Positions 1 to 13,100 of a stretch of DNA of 64,000 nt are shown here, in pieces (position 1 is the stretch's first letter; each line of letters opens with the position of its first letter). The position numbers were made by a program, and so were the translations under genes. The stretch is from contig KZ538121.1 in assembly GCA_000934665.2 (NCBI GenBank), forward strand, positions 1 through 64,000, in the 5' to 3' direction. This stretch comes from Catajapyx aquilonaris. Lineage: Eukaryota. The notes under the pieces were generated by a model, which saw only the letters and a list, made by a program, of their open reading frames with translations, ran no database searches and was not told where the DNA came from.

Positions 1-186
1 ACACGCCTCCACATCACACTGCAACGTCAGGAGATGATCCATTCCACTCACACTTCCGTCAAAAGCTTCAAGCTTGCACTTGACAGTCCTCCTCCTCTGG
101 AATTTGACTTGGTCATCGATGCAGACAAGCGACCACAAGGCGAGCATCGTGGTCGATTCAATCAACCTTCTTGCAATGAGATTGCT
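1..186 (+). mobile_element. Helitron RepHel fragment
   Basis: Frame 1 reads QEMIHSTHTSVKSFKLALD...LVIDADKRPQGEHRGRFNQPSCNEIA, like the RepHel N-terminal 'ADKRPxGEHxxRFNxPxxNEVA' motif; ends abruptly at the palindrome. Confidence 0.75.
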
Positions 187-546
187 GATCAAACTTTTTT
201 GTCGTTTTAGTTATTGACAAATTCAGCCTAAGCTGCTTATATTGTAGCCCGTTACCTGGCAACCCCGTCCGGCGGGCCTATTCGAACATCGGCCCATGGA
301 GAGCGCTTCCATTGTTGCCACTGTTTACAAATCGAGTGAGTGAGTGCGCAGGCAGAAGAGACCCGTCGCTGGGTCGTCCGCGTCACTCACTCGATTTGTA
401 AACAGTGGCAACAATGGAAGCGCTCTCCATGGGCTGATGTTCGAATAGGCCCGCCGGACGGGGTTGCCAGGTAACGGGCTACAATATAAGCAGCTTATGC
501 TGAATTTGTCAATAACTAAAACGACAAAAAAAGTTTGATCACCCTG
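186..546. mobile_element. Palindromic MITE/foldback element, Tc1/mariner-type end
   Basis: Near-perfect ~157-bp inverted arms 186-343 and 383-541; right end CACCCTG followed by a TA run; left terminus missing. Confidence 0.8.
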
Positions 547-1032
547 TATATGTATGTATATATATATATATTTGTATCATGGGGCGGCAAAAACCTAAAT
601 ACGCCACTGGGTGGTGACGAGTATACTCACGCATCTCTTTGTACCTCTTCTTCTTTACAGTCTGTGACACCCTCTGCAAAGATGACTGTGCAGTGCTTGT
701 AATATGTAGGGATGATTGCCCTGATCAATGCCCGGGGGAGTAGCACTCAAACGAGACCACCCGCGAGTCCATCACCACTGACTATACGATCATCGGACGG
801 ACTGCCGTATGTAGTGCCCAAGACCAAGCCATCCACTGATGATGGCTGATGATGACGGTGAAGACCCATCCCCCACCAACACCAATCGTCCCATGATGGT
901 CCTCATCCAGTGATGGCCTCCACAATGCAGCAGCAGCAAGGAAATAATAATAAAAAGTCTACTGCTTATTGCAACCGAATGAACCCTGATGTTTCATTTA
1001 TTAATTAGCCAGCAAAATTAGACGATAAGGGG

Positions 1033-1199
1033 AAGAAATTCCTGCGTGGCCAGCGTATCTCCAGCGATGAAGAACTCCAGGCTGTAGTCACAGGGTGGTC
1101 ATTTGCAGACCAACAGGAAACTGTGTTTTTTTTTTTACGGCCTTTGAGACAAAGCGGAAGAAGTGTGTAGAGCTCAAGGGGGGTACTCAGGTAGATAAG
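1033..1199 (+). pseudogene. Degenerate mariner transposase C-terminus
   Basis: KKFLRGQRISSDEELQAVVTGW...(frameshift)...KRKKCVELKGG resembles the mariner tail 'LxGxRFxSxEE...W...RWxKCVxxxGxY'. Confidence 0.7.
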
Positions 1200-1209
1200 A
1201 ACCACCCTC

Positions 1210-1470
1210 GTATGTGGTGTAATCAGGCCTGGAGAGACTGTAGGGCCTTTCGTTTGAAGGCGTGTTTCCACCTGCAGCTGCGGTGTCTTTACCTGATGGC
1301 CACCATCACATGGCTTTGGACCTTACTTCGAACTAGCAGATGTTCTCTCGGGGAGGCAATGTGATGACCTGGTAAAGACACCGCAGCTGCAGGAGGAAAC
1401 ATATAATTATGCCTTCAAACAAAAGGTCCTATACCCGACCTCCTCCAGACCCGATTGCCACATACAAGGC
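1210..1470. mobile_element. Degenerate inverted-repeat element
   Basis: ctgcagctgcggtgtctttacc / ggtaaagacaccgcagctgcag arms with decayed outer homology. Confidence 0.55.
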
Positions 1471-1828
1471 CGACATATTCTGAAAGCCCACGTTTTCAAC
1501 TTTCCGAATAACTCACGTGCTGGTTTTTAGCCATCGTCCCATATACGTTTCTTTGGGAGTCAATAATGACCAAAATGAGGTTTCTTCAAAATGTGAAGCT
1601 GTTCTAATAGAGACCACATGTTGCAAGCTTGACCTGGCCTGGTCTAGAAATAATGTCACGTTGGCACCCCTCGTGCCACCAGGTCAACCAAGATGCATGA
1701 AAAAGGGTTCTACAGTATTAGCCTGGGAGCCAGGGTATCTCGGCAGGTCAATTCATGTGGCTGCTCTCCCAGGATATGACCGGCACAAGTTGACAGAATA
1801 ACAATACGCAACCATTTTGTAATAAGAT

Positions 1829-1834
1829 TTTATT
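1829..1834 (-). terminator. Candidate shot polyadenylation signal AATAAA (~900-nt 3' UTR)
   Basis: tttatt on + strand at the end of the AT-rich tract after the stop; another candidate at 2381-2386. Confidence 0.5.
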
Positions 1835-2731
1835 AAGCAAGCAGTATTGTTAAGGTAAGTGTGGCTACAAATATTCAACATAATTAGTCTCCTACGTAAT
1901 AATTATCTCTTTTCTTTTTAAATCCTCGACACAACCTCGTACCAAAATACAGGGGGCAGGCATAATGGGTGGCACTCGCTCATTGGAAATAATATATTGC
2001 AGCTCATTCAAGTCGCCTACACGATAATAATTATATCGTATATCCAAAGAAAGGCGATTTCAGATTGCACGATTCGCACCGTCGCTTCTTTTCACAAGCT
2101 CCAAAAAAGAATTGAACAGTCGTTTAAAATTGGGTAGGCACTAGTACAGTTAGTGTGAATGTCTCCCTCCGCAAAAAAAAAACGTGCGTTTTGGAGGGGG
2201 AAAAAATAGGAAGAAACATTATTTTATCATCTCGAATCCTTCCTTTTCGACTTAAAACACTCACACGCACACTCACGCACATATTATGTACACATTTCAT
2301 CCGAGTTCCGCATGCAAAAAAAGAAAAGCAGTTTCTTTCCCCTGCGAGCGTCTGTAGAAAAAGCTGCGATGGCACTTTTTTTTATTCAAATCCCAATAAA
2401 ACCTGCTGAACTTCCAGCGATCCGATTTTCGCAAAGGTGCTTCGGCTGTGCGACGACCAAAAAAAAAGAAGTGGCTTGTAATACCCGGTTAATCATACTG
2501 TTAGTTGTTTAGACGCGTAAATTCCTGGTCCCTCTTTTATCCTTTTTAGTCGTGCGGTTAAGGAGTTAAAAAAACTGATTCTTTAGAAACTCCTCAACGT
2601 CCAAATCCACTCTTAATATCACAGTTAGAAGGGTAAAAATGTGTGCACGGCTCTTCCCGTGTCGACATTAGCTGTGTTTTTTGGGGGGTTAGTCGTTTAA
2701 TCGTTTAGTTGAATCCGTCGTCTTCGCCTGT

Positions 2732-4178
2732 TCATTTGGATGACCCGCCCTTCCTGGACGACGCGGCGGCTGAATCCGATGCCCCGGACGTCTTCCTGGT
2801 GAGTCTGGTTCCGCTGCTTGGGGTTCCAGACCTTCGGAAATAAAACCACGATGTTAACGAACAATACATTGCTAATGATCATGCCCATAGGACACTACGG
2901 TTGGTCGACTAATTTCGCACACAACACACCAGTTCTTACCTGGAGGTCGGGATATTTGAGGTCGAAGTTGCGGACCTGCAATCCAGGCACCGTCATTAGT
3001 AAGTGTAATCAACATGCATTAACTACTTGAAAAAGGGACTACCACAAAAGAGAGAGAGAGATTTACCCGGTTAAAAGGACAGGGATGCTTTGAGTCGAGA
3101 GATTCTGAGGACGCACCGATCTGGAGGTGGAAGAGATAAAAGACAACCAATAGACACACGCATGCAACGAAAGGAGTCGTCTATACTAAGTACTCGGAAG
3201 GACGGGGGGAAGTGACGTGCAACGGAAAACACGCACCACACGGATTACATGTATAGTTACTGTACCTAGGCGAGACCGAACTGGACCCCACAAAAACTGG
3301 AATCCGTGACGCGCTGCAAAGCGTGAGGTTCACAGCGAGAAGAGTTGGGGAAAGAAAAAAAGAGCCAAGTTCAGAGAGAGAGAAAGGTAACGAGGAGAGA
3401 GAGAGAGACTTAATTAACACCTTGTTACGCTTAGTGCCAACACCAAATTGTGTTAATTGGCAACACCAGTCAGGTGATTGACATTTAAATAAGTAGGTGG
3501 CCATGCGCTTTGCGAATGGGTTAACCAAAATTAGTTACCTATCTCTTGCGGCTGCCAGTGCGGGGATGCTGGACGCTGAGGTAGCTCGGTGAATGGGACA
3601 AGGGCTAGCAAAAGAATCAGTGAGAAAGCGGCGGTCGATTAAACGACATGCATGTTAAAATTAATATGCGCAAAGCGAAATTAAATATTGCGGCGTAATT
3701 AGTGAGTGAGTAAGAGCTGCCGAGGGACTTACCGGTCGGATCCGCTTGGTGTTCGCACCCGTGTGGCCGTCCCGTTTACGCCTTTTGCACCCGGGGTGCC
3801 TCCGCGGGACGTCCGGGTTACCGTCTGTCCCGCTCTCCTCACTGGGATGCGGCTGGGAGTGCTGCCGTCATCTGCAAATGGACATGGTTACGACACATGT
3901 CACGTGTCTGCAACGGACAGGACATTACCTGTACTGTCAAGCGACATGTTGGATCCATGCCTGCTGACAGGTCGGCTGGGTGGCCGTGAGCCGGGTCGTG
4001 ACCCAGGCAGACTCCCAGGCGACAGGGTGCTGCGTCCGGCCCCGGAGCTGCCCAGGGGCGAGCGGCGGGGGGTCAGGCGGGAGAAGGAACCCTCGGTGTC
4101 GCTCAAGCTGTCCGGCGTTCCAGCCGAAGCCGCCCTGCCTTTCCCCATGGGAAGGCTGCGAGTACTTCGCTCGCGGAC
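2732..4178 (-). CDS. shot: shot C-terminal GSR/SxIP tail: exons 3929-4178, 3733-3871, 3539-3604, 3266-3313, 3067-3120, 2940-2975, 2732-2831 (TGA at 2734-2732)
   Basis: [11 protein letters not shown]...[30 protein letters not shown] motifs; consistent phases to the stop. Confidence 0.8.
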
Positions 4179-7100
4179 CTACGCAACGAAAGGTGTCAGT
4201 TCGGCCCAAACAACAGGTACAGCAGAATCCGCACGATGCAACGAGGATCCTACTGTACGCACGTGACACTCAACACGTGTTAGTAACAACGTTCCAGAGA
4301 TTAGCACTCACCGTCGGCAGGGCAGGTCGTACTACGGGCAAGGGCATCTCTAACCCTACTACTCATTCCAGGTCGGCACAGAAAAAAAAGGGGGGAGACA
4401 TTTATTCAACACATGCACACACGGGGTTCGACTACTACGCTAGATGGTCACGAGCAACTCTCATTACAGGGGTCACGAGCACTGTCAAAGGGTCACACGA
4501 TGCGACATATGATTAAGATCGAACCTCCGGGACCCATCTGAAGTGCGGCCCCCCAACGTGCAATGGGTACGAGCATGGGAGCTCCTGCTGGCTACGGAGC
4601 GACTCAAAGATTGGCATCAGCTGGGACAGGAAGAACTCCGCTGGAAACCCCAATTCGTAGTTGAAAGAAAATAAGTCAAAGAACGAGGGGGTGCACTATG
4701 GACAAGCTCTCTTCATTTACACTTAAGTCGTACCCCGGTACTTACGGTTTCCGGTGCGTGGGACGTACTTGCGCGTGTAATTAGGAAGTGACGTACCTTT
4801 GTGATTGGGCCGGCTCCTGGGACGGACTGTGCGGACCTGGCTCCGGATTGACTGGAGACGGAGCTGTTCGGACTGGCCTTGGACTTGAACGGGGTCATGC
4901 TCTGGGACATTCCCTCGGCCAGGATAAACTGCTCTCGCAACTCGATGTTGGTGCGACCCTTGGCTGATTCATTGTGCCAGGAAAAGGGGTCAAACGGGAA
5001 AGCAAAAAAAAAAAAAAGGTCGCCAGGCACAAACAAAAAAAAAAAAGAAGAGACGAGACACAGTTAAAAATTATGCAAACAATGGTTATGTCAAATAAGT
5101 GCAATCTACTGTCCGTTCAGCCTGGAAATCGCGCTGGAATGAAAGATGTTCCGAGCTGCACGGACAAACAAATGTGCAGTGCAATCCGAGCAAGTTTGCC
5201 TCGTCATGTTTGTCGAAAAGGCACGCTTGCCGCAACAAAAATTAAAGCGACACTCGTCAAGCCCCTTCACATATCGGGGGCAAATATGTCAAAACTACTT
5301 CATGCTTCGGAAAAATATAACACACTCCCACACTCCATGCGAGCAAAAACAGAAACGTATAAGGTACACCAATTTTTTTTTCGGAAGAATTAGTGTGAGA
5401 AAAAGCGATTGAGTCGGGAGAATAAAACCACAACACACATCAATCGTACAGGTGGAAACGACTCACAATAGAGGGCTGCTCCGAGAGGGCAACCACTCTC
5501 ATGTTCCTCCGGAGTCTCTAGGTCTGGGATTTGAGGAAGAACGACTGGTCCGCGTGTGAAATTGTCATGCGTGTCAAAACAGAAATCGATGGGGGAAGTC
5601 GACATAAAGAACGTTAAATGAACAGGTCATTAACAGGGAACGGGGAAGTGAGAAAAAAAAAAAGAAGCAAAAATCGGTTCATTAGTCTCAAGTCGAACTA
5701 CTTTCCTCGTTAATTAATCACAGAAAGATTCTCCGCATGCTTAAGAAATAAAAGTCACGTACTCCAACTTTCTGAACCCGTCGACCCCCAAAAAAACCTG
5801 AAATTTTTCCCCCCGCCACAATTCGCATTGTCCAAAGTGCACACTTTTTTTTCCTGAAACAATCCCTTTCCAATGGTAATTAACGGACGGGACAACGAAC
5901 TGACCTCTGCACGGATCGTTCTTAACCAGGAATTCATCCAGGGCGACCCATCCTCCGCCCACTCGGACCATGACGGTCGATCGCAAGATGCGGACCAGTC
6001 GCAACTTCTGGCTGTCGCCGAACTGAAAGCGGAAAAAAGGACATGTTACGTGAAGTGTAATGGCAGCGATTATAGCGGCGGACTCACCCTGTATTTCCCT
6101 TCGCCGACTTGGAACACCCGGAACTTCTGCCTGCAGGTGCACTGCATGACCTGGCGTTTGACCTCGTCGTGAATCTTCTCCGAGTCGGTCGCAGGCTGTT
6201 GCTTCCAGTCGGGGCGAAGAGCTGCGATGAACTCCATGTAGTCGATGTATCCATTAGAACGGTCGAACATGTCCGCAACCGCATTCATTTCCAGTCTGCT
6301 CGTGTCAAACTCTGAAACGGAATCGGACGTCACCAACCGTGCACAGCCGCCGACTAGTTCATGACTTACTGGTCTTCATGATTCCGTCGATGAAGTCGTC
6401 CCGCGAGATGAACCCGTCGTTGTTCTTGTCGATCTTACGGAACAGGTCGGTCACCCTGGACTTCTTGTAGTTCATGAACTTGACGAACCGTTGCCTCCAG
6501 TCGTCCCAGCTGAAGTTCTTGACCTTCTCCAGCTCCTGCAGGTAGTTCAGCTTGTCCTGGAGCCGCCTCTGCCGCTCCCATGCCATCATCCAGACGTGAC
6601 GCCACTTGTCCCACAGCAGCTTCACCCTCGCATTCCTGAACTGCGGCTCCGTACCCGGTTTGCTACACGAGAGTAAAAACGGGTAAGCGTCCGGCACGAC
6701 CAAATTGCGGGTGTGAGTCGGTGTGATCGTTAGCGTGTGACAGACAACGGAAGATGGTCGGGGGGTGAACATAAAAACATGCTAACCTTCCTTTACGGAT
6801 AAACTTTGGTCCGATGTGCGGCCACGGGTCGGGAGATCGCTCTCTATCGGGGCTAATACGACTACACAGCACACATGAAGAAGGGCGGATAGAAAAGAGA
6901 AAAAACACCATTAAAAACGACTGTCGACAAGAAGTGCGTAAAAGCCAAAAGCGCACAGTGCAAATGATACGTCAAAAAAAGGGCATGTACCTTCCCTTCC
7001 TGGACTGCGGACCAGGCGTGGATTCCCTGGAACCCGGCCTTCCGCTGGACAAAACAAAGAAGCGGTGGATCAGACAAACAAAGCGGACGACACAGAGCGA

Positions 7101-10100
7101 TAAATCTGCCTGCTTATCAAGGGATCGGCAAACTGAGGATCGCTCATTTTGTCCCCATTATTAAAATTAGCTCCCTTGTGAAATTAACGAAGCAGAGCAG
7201 ATTAATCGAAGAGAGGAAAACATAAAAAAGGGTCATGCACCTCGTTTCCAGCCAGGGCTTCGGGTAGTCCCGTGCGGGAGATATTGTGTCCCTGTAGTCT
7301 GTTGGATGAAGGCTGCTGCCGGAAATCATAAAACGTGTGTAAGTGTATACCAATTTGTTCTGAAAATTTGTTTAAGTCGGTTAGTGGCCCACACCATGTG
7401 AATGTACGACTCTCACGTGCGGCTTAAAGAGCGTGCGGGTTAAAACGGAAGACGTGCAATGATTTTTTAGTGTAATTATTATGTAATGTAAGACAATGCC
7501 TTCGGGCTACGTTCTAATTAAATTAATGATCGCTACAGTTTGTGTTGTAAACTAATTACAAAGATGCAGTGCAATGCTAGAAGCAAATTCATGCGATAAT
7601 TGCGGCGGACAAACCTGGATCGCTTGGAGCTTGGAGTTGGAGACACTTCGCGATCCGGAGACATGCGGCTACAAGACAATTTGCAAAATTAACAAAAATG
7701 CGAAACAAATCATGCGGCGGCAAGACCAAAACTTGTTGTACACACCTTCCTTTACGAGACATGTCATGCTCTGGGGAAGTTTCGCGGGAGCTACAATTTG
7801 GGGGGAAAAAAAGAAACATGCCACAGTACATATTGAAAAAAGTACGGATGGATTTGCAATGTCCGACTTACTAGGAGCGTGGCTTGCTTCCTTTCCGTCC
7901 CGGTGCGACGACCGGCTTGGGCTTCGTTGGCTTGCAGACCCGGTCGACGTCCGGCTGCTTCTTGGACATGTCCTGCATGAAGTCCTCGTGCTCTTTGATC
8001 AGTACCTTGATGACGTCCAGGTCGTCCGGAAGCGGCTCGGCCTCCAAGGTGGACAGTGTGTTCTCGCATCGTTGCAGCCAGGCCAACAGCTCCTCCAGCA
8101 TGTCGCCCAGGTCCTGGAGCGACCTCTGGTGGTTGTCCAGCCGCTGCTGCCGCTGCTTAGCCCAGGTGGACACCTCGTCCCACCTGGACTGGATGATGGT
8201 GATCCAATGCTTTATGACGGGTATGGCGTCCGGATGCGCTTTGGCCAAGATGCGCTGGGCCAGCTGGACGGTGTTGTCCTTCTCAATTTCCTTCCGCGCC
8301 ATTTCCGTCATGAATCGGTCGTGGTCCGCCACCTGCTTCCTGGCTTCCTCCTCGTCTTCCGGGAGAGGTCCGGCGAACCGCAGCTTCATCTCCGCATCCG
8401 AGAGCCACTCCAGGAGCATATGGACCGCCTTGTGCAGCTCCTCCGCTTCCTTCAGCGCTCCTTCCAGCTGTCCGCTCTTATGTCGGCTGGCCTTGCTCAC
8501 CCGTTCCCATAGCGTCGTCAGGGTCTGAACCTGAGAGCGGATAGTCGCAGCGTCCGCATCGGCCGCTTTGGACAGCAGCTCGTCCGATGTCCGCTTGAGC
8601 TGCTCGACCTGCGCCGCTCGGCTGTTCAGATCCTCCTCGAATGTCCGGTGTTGCTCAACCAGCGCCATGACAGTGTCCAAGTCGCCGTGGACCGGCCCGC
8701 CTTGTGCCAGCAGCCTATCCGCACGCTGCAGCCACTCCAGCAGCACCTGGAGAGCCTCCTGGAACTGCCCGGAGAACAGCAAAGCCTCCTCCAGCTTCCT
8801 CTGCCGATCGACCGACTTGTTGCAAACAGCATTCCACTTGGACTTCAAATCGGACAGCATCTGGCGCAAAACGGGGTCGTCCGACTTGGGCGCTTTCTCC
8901 CGCAGGTTCTTACCCATCCGCAATGTGCCGTCATACTGCGGCTGCTTCCCGCCCAACGACTTCTGGAACTCCTTATGCTTCGCCAGTTGCGCTTTGATCC
9001 GATCCGGGTCGTTCCCAGCGTGGACAGCCAGATCCTCAAGCGACTTGGCCGCAGTGTCCAGCCAGTTGCATAGTTCAAACCAGGAGTCGTGGAACTCCTT
9101 CGCTTCCTTCAGACCGTGGTCCAAAGCACGCGTCCGCTCAGCCGACTTGGAGACGACCCGTTCCCACCGATGCTGGACGCTAACCAGCAAGTTCTTAATC
9201 AGAATGACGTCCTGCTTCTGGCTGAAGTACTTCAGATGCGTCCCCTTCTTATCCAGATTCAGCATGACCTCCCGATGAGCCGCAACGTCCTTCTGGAAGG
9301 CCTTGTGGTCCTCAACCTGCTCCAGGATTGAATCCATGATGCGGCTCACAGGCTTCAGGTTGGTCAGATGCTTCTCGGCTCCAGTCAGCCAATCGACGAA
9401 CGACTGGAGCGCTTCATGGAATTCAGTGGCTTCCTTCAGCGCGATCTCCAGCTTGATCTTCTTGTCGTTGGCGCGGTTCGTCACGTTGTCCCATCGCTGC
9501 TTCAGGGTGCGGAGCGAGTGCTGCAGGTTGGTCGCAGCCCCTTCAGTCGACCGGCGGAGGTACTCCTGCCCTTGCTGCATTGTCGCCTCGACCTTCGGAC
9601 GGTTCTGCTCCAGCTCATTGTACACGTCCATGAACCGCTCCAGTTGTTCCGTCGCAGTTTCGGGCAGCCCGCCCACTGGTTTGGACGTGGACATTGCGCC
9701 ATCCACGTCGTTGAGCCAACCGAGAAGATCTTGCACCTCGTTACCAAACGCCTGCGCCTCTCGCAAGGCGTCCTCCAGCTCCTTCTGGCGGTCGCCCGCT
9801 TTGGACAGCAGGTCCGTCCACTTCTTATTCAGCTGCCGCAACTTATCCTGCGTCTGGCTTCCAGTCTCCGATCCACGTTCGGACTCAATCAGCTGCCGTC
9901 CGGCGTCGTTCAGGGTGTCCACACTGTTCTGATGTGCCTGTATGTCGTTAACCAGCACTTTCAACTTGGCCAGCTCCACCTCGATGACTTGCGGGTCGCC
10001 AAACACAGGTCGCAGGTCGTCCAGGGTCGCATTGGTGCGGTCGATCCAAACCAGGAACTCGTTGAGAGCGTGCTGGAACTGTCCCAGCCGCAGCAAGGCC

Positions 10101-13100
10101 TGCTCCAGCTCCCTCTGCCGCTCGACCATCCGCCGGAGAAGGTCGTCCCATCTGCGGTTGACTTCAGACAGCGGCTCTTTGATCGCAGTTGCTTGGTCCG
10201 GGGACGTCCGCTCCGTCAGCTCTTGCGCTTGCCTGCGAAATGAACCAAAGTCAGTCTGGAATTCATCGCTGGAAAGGCCAGCTGGACACGATGCGACATG
10301 CGACATGCACAGGCAACACTTGCCTCCTGAGGCTCCTGGTTGATTGTTGTCCGCATTTAAAGATAACGGATTAATATTACCACCACCAACAATGTCTGAA
10401 TGTTCAACAATCCCTCACCTGTTCAGCGCTTCGACTTTAACCATCTGCGGGTCCACGTCGTCCTTGAACTCCTTCAGCTGCTGGATCTGCCCTTTGACCT
10501 CGTCAATGTCCGCTCCGAGAGGACCCAAGGAGCCCATCCGCTTCTCCGCTCGGTCCAGGAACTTCAGAAGGTTCTGAAGCGTGTCGTGGAATTCCATCGC
10601 CTTCTCCATTGCGTCCAGAAGGTTCTCCTCTCGCCTTGCGTACAACGCGGTCACGTTGTCCCAAGCGTGGTCCAGATCCTCGATCTGCTTCTTCACTTCC
10701 GGACGGTCCTGCTCGCCGCATACCTTAATCAGCTTCTGTCCGGTTTGTCGGCACTGCTCCACTTCCGGTTTGGTCTGGTCCATCTCCAGCCGGATCTCCT
10801 GGAGAACCTGCCGCTGCTTCTCGATCGCCTTCGGCTGGACGGCCGGCGGCTCTTGTGTGCTCAGGATGGCCTGAAGCTCCTTCAGCGTGCCCATGACGCT
10901 CTGAAGTTCCTCCCAGAATCGTTCAGACAAAGCCAGCGCTTCGTCCAGGCTGCGGCTGCGGTCTTTCGTTGCGGCCTGGACAGCCTCCCACAGCCCGGTC
11001 AGTCGCTCCAGTTTCTGTTGGATGTCCTTAACGGCTGGATCCAGCCGATCTGGAGCCTTCCGGATCACCTCGTCCGCTGCCGCCTGGACAGCTTGGTACG
11101 CAGACCGTCTGTCCTGCAGGTCGTCAATGACGGCCGAGTTGTCGTCAATCTGGTCGCGTATTCGGTCCGGATGAGCCGAGATGGCTTCGGCATTCCGGAC
11201 TTGGTCTGCCGTCGACGCGAGCGCCTGAAGCATTCCGTCCAGCTTATCACGGAAGAGGCTGGAATCCTGGAGAGCCTGCTCCAGTGCCCGTTGCCTCTCA
11301 CGCAGGATTGCTCTAAGCGCTTCGTACCTCGCCGCATCCGACTCGTACGCCTCACGGACACGTTCGCCTTCATCCGGAGCGCACAGCTTCTCCAGCGCCG
11401 CCGCGGTCTTGGCCAGTTTGTCCAGAAGCGGTCGGTGTTCGGTGACGGACTGGAGGAAATGCCTGGTTCGCTCCTGCAGACGTGTTATTTGGTCTGGACG
11501 TATCGCAGGCGAGCCTTCCAGCACCTGCGTTTCCACCTCCATCTCGTCCAGCCAACGGTTCAGATCGGCATGTGTCTCCAGGAAGTGTTCAGCCAGCGGA
11601 AGAGCCTGCTCTAGGATACTGAGCCGCTCTGAGCTGAGCCGGCAGACCGACTCAGCCGTTTCACGCAAGTCGTCCGACTTCTCACGAACGGCCCTGATGC
11701 TCTCATCTTGGACTCCGGCAGCCTCCCGGACGGCCTTCTTGGCTGCGGACAGCGCATCTCGGACACGCCCACGCTGTCCGGACACCTCTTCGTTCAGACT
11801 GCGATGCTCCTTCAGCTGCACACGTACCAGTTCAGGGTCGCAACTGGGCGGATCTGCATCCTTCAGTTGCGCCTCAACTTCTCTGAACCAGTCGAGAAGC
11901 TCGTCCAGATCAGTCACAGCCTCCAGGGTACGCTGCCTGGACAGCTGGAGTCGCTCGCACCGACGCTGAACCTGCTCAGCGATGGCGTCGTACCTACGGT
12001 TATCTCTGGTGACCAATGCTTCGATTGCGGACGCTCCGTCCCCAGGGGACAGCTGGCACAGTTGGGGTCCGGCCAGGTTGATCTGCTCCAGCAACGGACG
12101 GTGTCTGGACAGCTCGTCCTGGAGGCGGGCAACCTCCTGCTCCTGCAGTCCGCCTCCGAGCGAATCAAGCGACTGCAGCTGCTGCTCCACGCCCATCATC
12201 CAATCGCACAGCTCCTGATGCGCTCCATGGAACTGCTGGACCAACGGCAACGCCTCTTGAGCGTGCCGCAGCGACTCAGCCGCCTTACCGGTCAGATCGT
12301 CAAACCGGCGCTGGAGAGAATCCAGCTTATCCTTCAACTGGAGCGCATCTTCGCCCGAAATGTGCTTCATCAGCTCCACACCCGAGTCCACCGTTTCGTC
12401 GACCTGTCGCTGGTGGTTCGCAACCTCCTGAGTCAGCTCCAGCAGCTGGTCCATTTGCTCCAGCAGCTTGTCCACGTGGACGGACAGCACCTTGTAGCCT
12501 GACAGCCGCCTGTCCGTCTCCTCCATCCAGGCCTGGAGATCCTCGTAGTTCAGCACCAGGTGGCGCAAACCGGCCCGCGCTTCCTGGAGAAGACGGCCAA
12601 CATGCTCCGAGTCCTCGACAAGTGCGGCGTACCGGTCCGTTGCGCCTTGAAGTCTGTCCGCTAGCATATGCGCCTCTTCCTCGCCCACCAGCTGCATTAG
12701 CGAACCGGCAGTGTCCGCAAGTCTGGAGAACGCCGGCCGCTTCGATAGTATTCCAGCGTGCAATTGCTCGTGCTCTTTGAGCCGCTGTTGGATCCGCTTC
12801 TCATCAGTCGGAACCACTTCCATGTCCTTAACCTGCCGCTCCGACTTATCCAGCCACTCCAGCAACGGCACCAGTTGGTCCTGGAACTCCTTAGCCACCC
12901 GCATCGCCTCCTCCAGGCTTCCCATTCTGGACTGGGCCGAACCGCACAGCGACTCAAACCGCTCCATCAGATCCCGCAGCTGACCTTCCACCTGCGCCCT
13001 CTCGGACGGAGACGCCTCAGCCGCAATCTCCTTCCCCATCGTGACCAACGAGGACACCGAATTCTGTCTGTCCAGCAGCATCTTCTTCAGGAACTTCTGC

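Noticed and set aside
620..940. Possible exons of a downstream minus-strand gene
   Set aside because: Splice-like signals exist, but no recognisable peptide and the region is embedded among TE relics
7871..7873. Stop codon ending shot after the rod
   Set aside because: The TAG spans the splice donor (TA|GTAAGT) and applies only if the intron is retained
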